Shown here: in pieces, positions 22,848 to 33,294 of the stretch | Position numbering within the stretch: the first letter of the stretch is position 1 | Layout of the letters: each line of letters begins with the position of its first letter | The notes under the pieces: model-generated | Seen by the model: the letters and a program-made list of their open reading frames with translations, nothing else | Databases searched by the model: none | What the model was told of the DNA's origin: nothing | Assembly: GCA_030167865.1 (NCBI GenBank) | Contig: JALAGF010005583.1 | Coordinates: 1-35,393 of the forward strand | DNA length: 35,393 nucleotides | DNA from: Craspedostauros australis | Lineage: Eukaryota | Direction of reading: 5' to 3' | Made by a program: the position numbers and the translations under genes

Positions 22848-24218
22848 ATGGAGCTCCTCGACACCAACGGAGTCTGTGCACAGAATCACCATGAACGCCC
22901 GTTTCTGACGCTCAAGCGGATCTGTGTTCCGGCTTCTCGAGCCTCCCAAGGCCTTCCTGACCTTGTGGATCGATTCATCGCTTCACAAACCTTTGTGCCC
23001 AGACCCAGGATCACTCCAGGTCAACCAAGAACGAGCTCAGAAAATTCAAACCCCAGTTCCGACCTGCTCGTGGAGAATGAGCACGGACGAATGCATCACC
23101 CTGTCCACGTGGGAGGCTTCCTCCAAAGCACGACAGGGACGTTGCATCGAAGAAGTGCAAAGAGATCTCGAGAGAAGCAAGGAGGCAAAAAGAATTGGAA
23201 GTGTGCGGGGGACCTGCACGAATGAGTGCAGGTACGTGTGCTCGGACATCATACGTAGGTCGTACAAGTACACTCTCGTTCGTTCGTTCGAGAGAGAGAG
23301 AGAATACAGATGAGAAGTGACCTTTCCGACAAGTCCTCAACAAGAATACGCAACAGCAACGATCGATATCATCCATTGGCGGCATCAGCTACGGTCAACG
23401 TCATCGCGTTGGAGATGACGAACGCCGAGGCATGGTGCATCACAGTTTTCTGATTCAACCAGTCCCCAGCCAATGCTATCCAACCGGCAGTCGCGATACC
23501 TCCTGATGACGAACTGGAAGGAAGGATGTTTGCTTCTCCTTGAAGACCCAAAGGGGCTTCACAAATCTCCCCATGTGGGAACTCACCCAAGCCACCCATC
23601 AGCCGACTACGCGTGTCCTGTGTACACCCAAGACACAGCAGCCGCCACAACCCATCGGCAATGTGTGGTACTGTTTCGTTCCATTGCACATCGCTTTTGC
23701 CCAAGAACGAAGGAGAACCTGTTCCAGACAGCGCGACATATTATTCCAGGGGCTTCATGGTACTCTATGCATACGAGTATGGAATAGAACGAGAGAAGTG
23801 GTTGATCCGCAACGATCCTTCCGGTTCCATTTTCGTAGAGCAGTACGAGTAAGATATCCTCGTCCTCTCCAGAGAGAGGGAGATTGGACATGTTATCAAC
23901 TGCTTCCTCGTACCCATCTGCTCCTGCGACTATTGCGATCGTACGCTGTGGTATAATACTTGCATCGCCGAGCTCCGTCTTCGGTGGAGCGATGATTCCC
24001 CCGGAGAGTTCTGAAGGCGCCCTCCGTGCAATGTGGTTCGCATCCATCCATTGGATCCGGCGCCAGAGAGGGCCTCAGAGGATCGGCGGGAACGGATTCG
24101 TCCTGATTCGCAAGATCGCCAAGGCGCGCACGATGACGAATCTGCTGGCACTTTTGCATTGGAGTGCTCTGTCTTGCGTTTCGGGCACGAATGTTCGTAC
24201 GAATACGGGTCCGATTAA
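22848..24218 (+). pseudogene. Possible decayed protein-coding sequence, product unknown
   Basis: One plus-strand frame links ORFs 22848-23225, 23613-23852 and 24033-24218 with only sparse stops (23223, 23451, 23541, 23850, 24012). There is a GTACGT..TACAG intron-like segment at about 23232-23309. No recognisable domain. Confidence 0.25.
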
Positions 24219-27200
24219 AGGGTATGTGTGGCACCTCTCTCATTTCTGAGGCATTGTCACACTTGTAGATCGTGATATACTCGTTTGGTATCTAATAGAA
24301 TATAATACATCGAGGCTAATAGAATCATGACTGATGAAGGCGGTACTGCGGACGGAGCGAAACCGAGGACTGAGATGAGGGGTTCACTCGCTGCGCTCTC
24401 TTCGCTTCATGTGTCTTGGCGTTCGTGCCTTGGGAATGGAGGCGAGCGCCAATTTCTGCAGAGTTCCCTGTTCTGCTCCGCTGCAGGTACGTCGCGTGCG
24501 CACCATGCATAATCGTCCTCTACTATGCGAGTGTGAATCCATATAATAGAAGAATATTCCCGACGTCCTCATCATGGACTGTTCCGGTGCAGTCTTTGCT
24601 GCAGCTGGCGCTTGCGAAATGACCCACTTCCGCTCATGCATTTGTAAGTATAATACGCACCATGTTCTGCCTTTGTGATGCACTCGAGGGGGGATTGGCT
24701 GACAATCGGCTTCTGTCCAAGCACATCGAAGCTGAGTACGTAGACGCGTCAGAGTATTGGTGTAGTTGGATGGAATAGAATCCCCCACTACAAAATGCAG
24801 GAACATGGCACAAGGAGAAGATAAAGACCATGGCAAGAGTGAGAGCCTCCATCCCACGATACTTGTGGACGAGCTCGCACGACTATGTGCTATATGTTGA
24901 ATGAGTGCAGATATATTCTTCTGCCGATTCTTCTGCCGATTATGCCCGTGATCCGTGTCTGCAAGAGAAATGGAGCGCCCAACATTGGTCGTACTTCACG
25001 GGTATGACAAAGGACGAGCCAGAAGAACTTAGCGCATCATTCCGTGTCCGTTCATCATGGTCGGACTGGAGTATTGTATTGTATCAGAACGCAAGAGGAG
25101 GCACGAGCGTCGACCCAGCTCTGCAATCAGGGGCATTATGAAACAGTCTCCACGACCGTGCGTACCATCGCGAAGAATGAAAGTTCAACATGAGGTTCTA
25201 TAGCGCAGGGTGAGGCGACCCTTGGGCTTGTCCAACTACTCAACTCCATTCCACTTGGACACCACACGACGAACGCAGCACTTGACTGCAACCTCGCATG
25301 GATATGTGTAATCGTAGAGTGATGCTCGTACAACACAACACTTCAGGAACAGTTAAGATGTCACGGCCACGACAGCCGATGAATTTGTTCGCCCTTCACA
25401 TGCTGCATGGGCACGCGACACTTTACCCCAGGAACGGGGTGGAAACCAAGCAAAGAGAGTGAGAAAGGTTGCTTCGAACTTGTGAGCGCTGTGGCCCAAA
25501 GCTCCGAGTACTCGTGAAGTGACCATGGCACGAATGAGTATGTCGGTACGCAACAAGAGGATGACAAGTGATGAAGAGAGTGAGGGGGGGAGGCGGAGCC
25601 AGCGAATCTGGCCCGCTCCTCTCCACTCCACTCTGCTCAGCTTTTCCTATTCTCCTCTACGATTACGGACAGGTACGAGTACTACTATGTTTGTACGAGT
25701 ACTCGTTCATCGAAACCGCGAATAGATCTCACAGGACAAGAGAGCGAGGAGCGGTTCCCGCCAGAAGCAAGATATCTTCTTGTCACGTCTCCCGCCTCCA
25801 GAGAAGTCGTGTTTGGCATGAATAGTGTGCCAATCTCCAGAGAGAGAGAGAGAAAGGCAGAAGGAGAGTTGTGTTGTAGTGTCCATCAAAAACTGTGTTT
25901 CGTTCGAGGTGGAGGTGGAGGTGAAGGTGGAGAAGATCCCGGGTTTGGATACACAAGCATTGCGAGGCCACCTCCAAGGATTTCGAGAGTTGGTCAGAGT
26001 CCCTTGGCAAGAACATTTGTGATTTTGTCACTGTTGCCTCGTTGTGTTGGGGCCACCCCGGAAAAAGTGACCAACACTCGACAGTGTTCGTATTGGTCGC
26101 ATGACCAATAACGAAGATCCGTTACGCCTTCCGAAGTGGGAACGCCGGGATGGGGTCAAAACAGCGCCGGAAGGCCAGTTCCTTCCGTCTCGAATCTTGG
26201 GAAGTTTCCACTGTGGACCATCAGAGCCTCTCCTCCGTCATTGTTTCTGCAGTTCGCGAATCCTCCCACGGATCACGAGTCCGTGAAACAATGACAGAGA
26301 CGGTGAATGTGGGGGATTCGGCTGTTGTCCGCGTAATCGAGCAGGCTGGTGAGAAGAAGTTTGCGCACAATTGCTTCGTATTGCCCAAGAAAAGAACGGA
26401 AGTTATCGGATAATCGCTCAACCGGGAGAGGCTGAACGCTGTGACGTTGGTTGCTTCTGGGCACTACTGTACCTACACCGATGAGGTCATCATCAGACAA
26501 CTGCCTTTTCGTCCCCTTTGCTCCGCCTTGGTATAGAACCAGGAATGTCAATAAGACAACGTCACTGATATCATCACCATCGACAGTTGCTGACATTCTC
26601 TGATCCCTTAAATGGAGCCTATCTACTATGTAATTCTTGAATCTTGGCTTCGATACGACACTAGGCGCGATAAGACAATGCTGTCATCAAGTTGGACGAA
26701 CGGCCCAAACCTCGATTGCCGAATGGGAGGTTGTGTTCTCCGATGATGCCTCATTCGTTTCCGGCAAGTGATGGGGCCAAGGAGTTCTGCGAACGCTTGT
26801 GTGTAGCAGTATACGAAGGAGCGGTATCTGGCCTTGGCGAACGATTCGTCTTCAATTAATCTGCGCCATCCTCGTCATCGGGGTGTAGTGGACGCCATCA
26901 TCGATGGCTCGTGGTCGGGGGCGGGGCACAAAGAACCAGCGCATGCGCCCAAGACGAATGACAAAATGATCGACGGGGCAGGGAAGGAGGGAGATGATTG
27001 ACAGGGAGACGCCGCAACAGCAACTGTGGATCGTATGTCCCGGACAGGGGCGTGCCGCCGTGTGGGTTTTGTTACCGTCATCTGGTGATCCCAGACATCG
27101 CTGACGACCACAACGCGGGCGATTCTCCCATGTCCGCTGCCAAAACCGAAGCATGGCTGGCGTTGTGAAAGAGAAACACGGCAGATGCAAAAAGCCCAAC

Positions 27201-27700
27201 CTTGGCGCCAACACTGCACGAGCGGTGTGCGCGCACTGCACGGGCACCTGGTAGAACGGATCGCCGCGTCCACAACGCGTACCTTGTGGAGCACAATGCT
27301 CTACCAATACATAGTAGGTACGTACGCAGAATAGAAGCGAGAGTGTGGTACGGCGGAGCACCAATACTCTACCAATACTGGTGTGCGGTGAGAATCGGGA
27401 GCGACACGCAGAGGGCCTTTGCTCGTGATCCTTTGATCCATTCCTTTCTCTCTCTGTGATTCCTCCTTGTGCTCATAGATTCCATTCATCACTGATTCAT
27501 TGCCACCAACAACGACAACAACGACAACAATCACCATCAATCACCATCAATCATCAGCAATCACCAGCATTCATCACATCACCATCAACTCATAAAAAGA
27601 TTCCAACCACACCATCATCCCACAACGATACTTGCCATAACTAATATCACGCTTACTCTCGCCCAGAGCAATCACATCAAGAACACTCCCATCTGCAATC

Positions 27701-28774
27701 ATGCAACGCATCATCATCCACTGCGCGAAGCTCAACAACCAGGCCGCATGCCTCGTGCAGAAGAACAGGTTCGCAAAGGCCAGCCGCCTCCTGGCAAGCG
27801 CCCTGGAAACAGCAAAGAAGGCGCAGGAGTTCGAGCCCATCTGCATGTCCGAGACCAACATGCTGGTCGAAGGAGATAGCCATCTTTGCGACGCCTCTGC
27901 CCAGTCTCAGTCCTTCCCATCGCCAGCAACGACACCCGACGGCTGCGACAGCTCCTGTCCCATGGAGCAGGATGGCATCAACAGCCACGGCGAGCAGCAT
28001 TCCGCCTGCGTCCGCAACGACACCGTCACCCAGGAAGAGCTGCACGAGCTCAACATGACCGCATGCGAGGACTACGACTTCGGCTTCGACGACGACGCCG
28101 AGAATGACATCAGCATGGCATGCACCTCCACGAGCAGCAGCAGCAGCGCTGGACAACCATCGTCCTCGCTGTCCTCTCTGTCGCCATCCTCAAGACACCA
28201 GCCAGCATCACCCTCCGCGCTGACGGGCTCAAAGATCGCACCAGCGGCAACGACTGCCGCGTACGTCTACAGACGCCCAATGAGGCTGAGCATTCACGAC
28301 CTCCAGGGATCCCAGCACGAGGTCTTCTCAACCCTGTCCTTCGTCGTCATGTTCAACCTCGCCATCTCCTACCACCTCATGGCATTGGAGGGCAACGACG
28401 GATCCGGCATCCACACGAGCAACGACCGCGCGGTCGCCCAGAAGCGCATGAGGTCCGCCGTCAAGCTCTACGAGCTCACCTTCCAGGTGCAAGGCCAGGG
28501 CCTCGTCCCCCACGCCATCGTCACATCGGCCATCCTCAACAACCTCGCGCTCACGCACAGGGCGCTGGGCAACCATGACAAGTTCGAGGCGTGCAGCGAG
28601 ATGCTGCTGTCCGCCGTCCTCCTCCTCGTGGATCTGGGCGTCTCATCCGCCGCCACGACCAGCACTGGCATGCCAGCCTCCGACGACGTCCGCAACGCCG
28701 CCATGGTGGATGGATTCCTTGGCAACGTCATGCACCTCATCGTCAAGGATCTGCATGTGGCATCCGCCGCCTAA
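27701..28774 (+). CDS. Uncharacterised diatom-expanded helical (TPR-like) family protein, single exon, 357 aa
   Basis: Intact ORF with C-ending codon bias. The pattern LNNQAA..., YVYRRP, FNLAISYHL, AVKLYEL, ILNNLA, GFLGNV...ASAA-stop resembles a large family of hypothetical pennate-diatom proteins as I recall it. Confidence 0.8.
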   Translation: MQRIIIHCAKLNNQAACLVQKNRFAKASRLLASALETAKKAQEFEPICMSETNMLVEGDSHLCDASAQSQSFPSPATTPDGCDSSCPMEQDGINSHGEQHSACVRNDTVTQEELHELNMTACEDYDFGFDDDAENDISMACTSTSSSSSAGQPSSSLSSLSPSSRHQPASPSALTGSKIAPAATTAAYVYRRPMRLSIHDLQGSQHEVFSTLSFVVMFNLAISYHLMALEGNDGSGIHTSNDRAVAQKRMRSAVKLYELTFQVQGQGLVPHAIVTSAILNNLALTHRALGNHDKFEACSEMLLSAVLLLVDLGVSSAATTSTGMPASDDVRNAAMVDGFLGNVMHLIVKDLHVASAA

Positions 28775-30249
28775 GAGATGCATCACTTCTTCTCACAGCA
28801 CTGCTGCTGCCCAGCGACAATTTTTTAACACAGGCGCAGGCAGCAGCGGCGGCACGTACGGACGCCAACAGCAACAACAACAACATCATCATCGTCATAC
28901 CCAACACACATACATACACACACAGGCTCTCGCGCAGATCCAACAAAACCGATTTTTGTTCTCTACATCACGACACAGCACAACGCAACACGCCCAACTT
29001 CGCCGTCACCATCCCTTTTTTTCCACATTTTCTCCACATCATTCATGGTTGACAGGAGGAACGCAACATTCACAACCTTAACACAACATCACTAACAAGC
29101 AATTAGCACTATCAATATCATTATCGCTCTAGTATTTCATTTGACATGCTGAGACGATGCGGCCAATGTTGCAAACGACGTGAATTACGTCATCGTTGAA
29201 TGATGGGATGCACCGTACGACACGGGCACATACGATCCATTCCACCATGGAGCCCTCGTAACGCAACGCAACGAACAAGGATCCACCCTCTGCTGTCTCC
29301 AGTCCAAACATGGTTGCTACCGCCACCGCCACCACCACCACCGAGCCCATCAACACATCAGACCCATGCCGACAGAACGAGAAAGGAGACGAACTTTGTG
29401 AGAATGGTCCACAAATTCTCACTTGTGTCCCAGCAGTAGTCTCTTGCTGTGCTTGAAGGAGGCCACCAAGGGGGCCTATTTGAGTTAGGTAACCTGTATT
29501 GGGTATTAGGACGCGCCAGCACTGGACATGGGTCATTGGGATTGCCGCTCCGCACCCTGTGTTGCGCCCTTCACTTCGTTTTCTCGTGCATTGTGCATCC
29601 AATGTCCTGTTCCATAATGACCAGCGAGATTCAGCAACACTCGTACATAGCAAGCTTGATTCTCTTGTTCAATGCATGGCAGAGCGACATGACGCGATGC
29701 GATACAATCAACTCGCTGCGGCTTAGATTCTAATCATGGGCAAGGCGTTGCGCAAAGGCAATGTTTGTGCCTGTTGGTCTTGCCCATCGAGATTCCAACC
29801 TTCTTTGTGCTTGCTCTGTCGCAACGGCAGTTGCGTCATCCTCCGCCTATTCGGCGTTCTCTCTTCGCATTTTGGCAGTTCTGACCATCCGAATTCTTCG
29901 TCTTTGGTGCCGTCGTCGGTGACAGTGGCAAACATGACACGTGTGCCACCGTACTATAATAATAGAGTACTTGGTAGCAAGAAGAAGAACAGTGGGGCAT
30001 GGCCATGGTGATGGATACCGATGAATCGTAGAGCACTGCAGAGCAATCCAAAATCATGCTACATACCTACGAGGATGTATGCCTCGAGTTACAACATGAG
30101 GCCCTGGACGTCCGACAGCAGGACACTCTTCGGAGTTTCCTTGTAATCGGATTAGTCCAATTTGACAATTTCCCCCCAAAAATATTTGGTCTTGGTTTTC
30201 TCACGACTGTCCGCCAACGCGAAGCGCGTACCCCTGGGTACGAACCAAG

Positions 30250-31497
30250 ACCAAGTGAGAATTATCAAGCTACAAGGGATTGGAGACTACCAATCACAGA
30301 TGCCTGTCAAGAGGTTCATTGCAGCTTATGTTTGAATCACAAGAGTGATTGCATCGAACTGCAAAGACTGCTTGGCTGTAAGATCCCAGCCCTTGACATG
30401 ATTAGCATGATAGAAGAAAGAGTCATGCCCAACAGCTCTCTGCTGCTCAGCAACGAACCAAGATCAACAGGAGAACATGGGATGATCAAGGAGTCGATAC
30501 ACTGCAAGAAGGGAGTGAAACAAGGCACACAACCAAGTGTCTTGCCCCACAGAAAACACAAGGATGTCTGCAGGAAATCTCCTGCAAACAACACTGCCAA
30601 GAAACATGTCCTGCATGATTGTTGCCTCTTCATTGTCTTCATCATCATCTTCATTGTCTTCATCAACTTAATCATAAAATGCAAAAGTTCACAANNNNAA
30701 AACACTCTTCAAACACAGTACAAATCAATTGCATTCACTCTCGTCTTCCCATCGTAAACTCTGACACCAAACGACTTCATCAGTCGGTCCGAGTTGCGAC
30801 ATTGAACGCTTGCTCAAGGCAACGCAACAAACAATTTTCTCACAGCAACAAAAACACAAAGTCCGTCCCTATGGCCCCATTCAGGATAGAATCGTACGTT
30901 TTTGCGGATTTGACATCGTAAAACGTGATATATTTAGATAACGATACGTCGCGTTGTCAATTAGGGTTAGATATATTTAGCTAGCTTTTACGACACAAAT
31001 ACCTGGCTGACTTGTCTTCACCGCGGACGAAATTGATGACGTCTTTGACGGTCGATANNNNNNNNNNNNNNNNNNNNNNNNNNNNNNNNNNNNNNNNNNN
31101 NNNNNNNACGATGTCTGCAGGAAATCTCCTGCAAACAACACTGCCAAGAAACATGTCCTGCATGATTGTTGCCTCTTCATTGTCTTCATCAACTTAATCA
31201 TAAAATCCAAAAGTTCACAAGTCAAAAACACTCTTCAAACACAGTACAAATCAATTGCATTCACTCTCGTCTTCCCATCGTAAACTCTGACACCAAACGA
31301 CTTCATCAGTCGGTCCGAGTTGCGACNTTGAACGCTTGCTCAAGGCAACGCAACAAACAATTTTCTCACAGCAACAAAAACACAAAGTCCGTCCCTATTG
31401 TCAACAACAACAACAACAAACGATCCAATCCGGATTTGTTCCACCCACGGGGACATCTCGGACACGCGAAAAACGACGCGAACTGACGCAATTTAAC
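30250..31497. mobile_element. Degenerate CpG-depleted repeat/TE remnant, partly duplicated across the assembly gap (30563-30871 is repeated at 31110-31397)
   Basis: Only three CG dinucleotides in 30250-30740. The ~300-bp block occurs twice, differing by a 21-nt indel and a substitution. It is flanked by other TEs. Confidence 0.5.
30872..31057 (+). mobile_element. Terminal segment of a Tc1/mariner-like DNA transposon inserted at TA (runs into the gap)
   Basis: TA|TGGCCCCATTCAG start. About 185 bp is homologous in inverted orientation to 34531-34711. The duplicate flank at 31391-31405 shows the empty site CCCTA|TTGTC. Confidence 0.65.
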
Positions 31498-32060
31498 TCG
31501 GGGTCTACGACGTTCTTCACACCGTGCGCTGCAGCGGTGGCTCGGAGACGTCGGTCGAAGATCATGAACTGATCATCGCTCTTGAGGATCGGATAGTCGC
31601 TGAGGTTCCGCTTGATACCCTTGTCGAAGGCAGCAGCTCCGTCAGAGACAGGTTCAGGAGGTGGTGGTGGTGTCACCATGGATGACATGGTGGGTTCGGG
31701 AGTTGGTGTGGAGGTATCCACGCGCTTCTTGAGTTCAGCTCTCATGAAGGTCTGGAGCCTCGCAGCGTTCAGGTCAAGCCAGACGGAGTCGCTGTCGCCA
31801 GCTTGCGCGTCATACCACATTGGGAGTGCGAGGATCTTGCGAATGTGCAACGCAGTCAATCGGCATGAGTATGGGTCTCCCGTGGTGGGAGTGATGTCGC
31901 GATGAAGACTGTCGAGGTCTTCCTTGGTGAGGAAGGTGAGGTCGTCAACGTTCTCCACCGCTGCGTCGATGATAACGCGGCGATGGTCGGAGTCGTCGGA
32001 GATACCCACGGCCTTGAGGACGTGGTTCAGTACGGTGATGGGTTCGGTGGGTTCTGTCAT
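31498..32060 (-). mobile_element. Ty1/Copia (CoDi-type) gag N-terminus, 3'-truncated
   Basis: FDKGIKRNLSDYPILKSDDQF..FDRRLRATAAAHGVKNVVDP resembles diatom Copia gag. The resemblance stops abruptly after VVDPE, and no pol follows. Confidence 0.75.
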
Positions 32061-32061
32061 C

Positions 32062-32495
32062 TTGTTCGGTTCGGTACGGAGAAGCGGATACGCTGTGCTC
32101 GGTGTGTTCGTTTGTTCGGTTCGTCACGGAGAAGCGGATACGCTGTGCTCGGTGTGTTCNNNNNNNNNNNNNNNNNNNNNNNNNNNNNNNNNNNNNNNNN
32201 NNNNNNNNNTTGGTGAGGAAGGTGAGGTCGTCAACGTTCTCCACCGCTGCGTCGATGATAACGCGGCGATGGTCGGAGTCGTCGGAGATACCTACGGCCT
32301 TGAGGACGTGGTTCAGGATGGTGATGGGGTCGGTGGGTTCTGTCATCTTGTTCGGTTCGTCACAGAGAAGCGGATACGCTGTGCTCGGTGTGTTCGTTTG
32401 TTCGGTTCGTCACGGAGAAGCGGATACGCTGTGCTCGGTGTGTTCGTTTGTTCGGTTCGTCACGGAGAAGCGGATACGCTGTGCTCGGTGTGTTC
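32062..32495. repeat. 50-nt tandem repeat in the Copia 5' leader (units at 32062, 32112, 32348, 32398, 32448), with 31924-32159 duplicated at 32210-32445 across a gap
   Basis: Unit TTGTTCGGTTCGTCACGGAGAAGCGGATACGCTGTGCTCGGTGTGTTCGT read directly; copies are near-identical and head-to-tail with no spacers. Confidence 0.9.
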
Positions 32496-32637
32496 ATGTG
32501 CGCTGCCTTGGAAGGCTCTTGTTGTTCTGTTCTTGCTTCACGTCGTCACGTGATGCAATTGGTTCATTGCTGATGGGATCAGCTCGGTGGGTTGGAGGTG
32601 TTTTCACGCAGTCAGGTCAGGACGTAGTGCTTGCGAC

Positions 32638-33213
32638 TGTTAATTTGTTATCTCGTTATCGTACACAGCGAAATCACACGAGTCCTTCAAGAGAGATCAA
32701 GTCTTTCAGGACGCGGGTGACGAGCTGTTGAGTGAAGACACTGTTTGGGTTGAGTGACTTCTGGTTCTATGTTATCTTCATTGAGTTGTATCTCACGTTG
32801 CTGTCTTCAAGGTCAGCTCTCAGTCATTGCACCTCTGCGATCTTGTTATGATGTGGAGATGACCCATGATGTGGCGATGATGTCTTCTGTGTCGACGTCA
32901 CTCGTCACCGTTCCATGGCTCTGTCGATTCCANNNNNNNNNNNNNNNNNNNNNNNNNNNNNNNNNNNNNNNNNNNNNNNNNNNNNNNNNNNNNNNNNNNN
33001 NNNNNNNNNNNNNNNNNNNNNNNNNNNNNNNNNNNNNNNNNNNNNNNNNNNNNNNNNNNNNNNNNNNNNNNNNNNNNNNNNNNNNNNNNNNNNNNNNNNN
33101 NNNNNGTGTCGGAGTAAAGCATCGTTTCAACACATACCGGGACAGACTAATCAGAAAACGAATCAGGTGAATAAAGCATTGTGCTAATATATACTCACAT
33201 GTACATCTCGACA
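32638..33213 (-). mobile_element. Candidate 5' LTR of the truncated Copia element (contains a gap)
   Basis: On the minus strand it begins TGTCGAG (33213) and ends TTAACA (32638), with a TATATA near 33190, and lies upstream of the gag leader. No partner LTR or clear PBS was identified. Confidence 0.3.
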
Positions 33214-33294
33214 CCCCAAGACTAAATCAGTGCCCATCATTCCATTGATTCCTTCCATGCATCAGCATTTCTCTCCATGACCACTTTCCTTGTG

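Noticed and set aside
22848..26596. Selenocysteine or TGA-recoded genes in the TGA-interrupted frames
   Set aside because: TGA is a normal stop here (7661-7663, 7923-7925), there is no redox CxxU-type context or evident SECIS, and TAA/TAG also interrupt the 22.8-24.2 kb frame.
30056..30757. 233-aa plus-strand ORF as a host gene or Harbinger transposase
   Set aside because: It lies in CpG-decayed duplicated repeat DNA, and neither strand gave a convincing transposase motif.
30961..30970. TTAGGGTTAG (and CTAACCCTAG at 34615-34624) as telomeric repeat
   Set aside because: Fewer than two units, and embedded in the transposon terminal segment.
32062..32495. CRISPR-like array
   Set aside because: Units are head-to-tail with no unique spacers, there are no cas genes, and the context is a eukaryotic retrotransposon leader.
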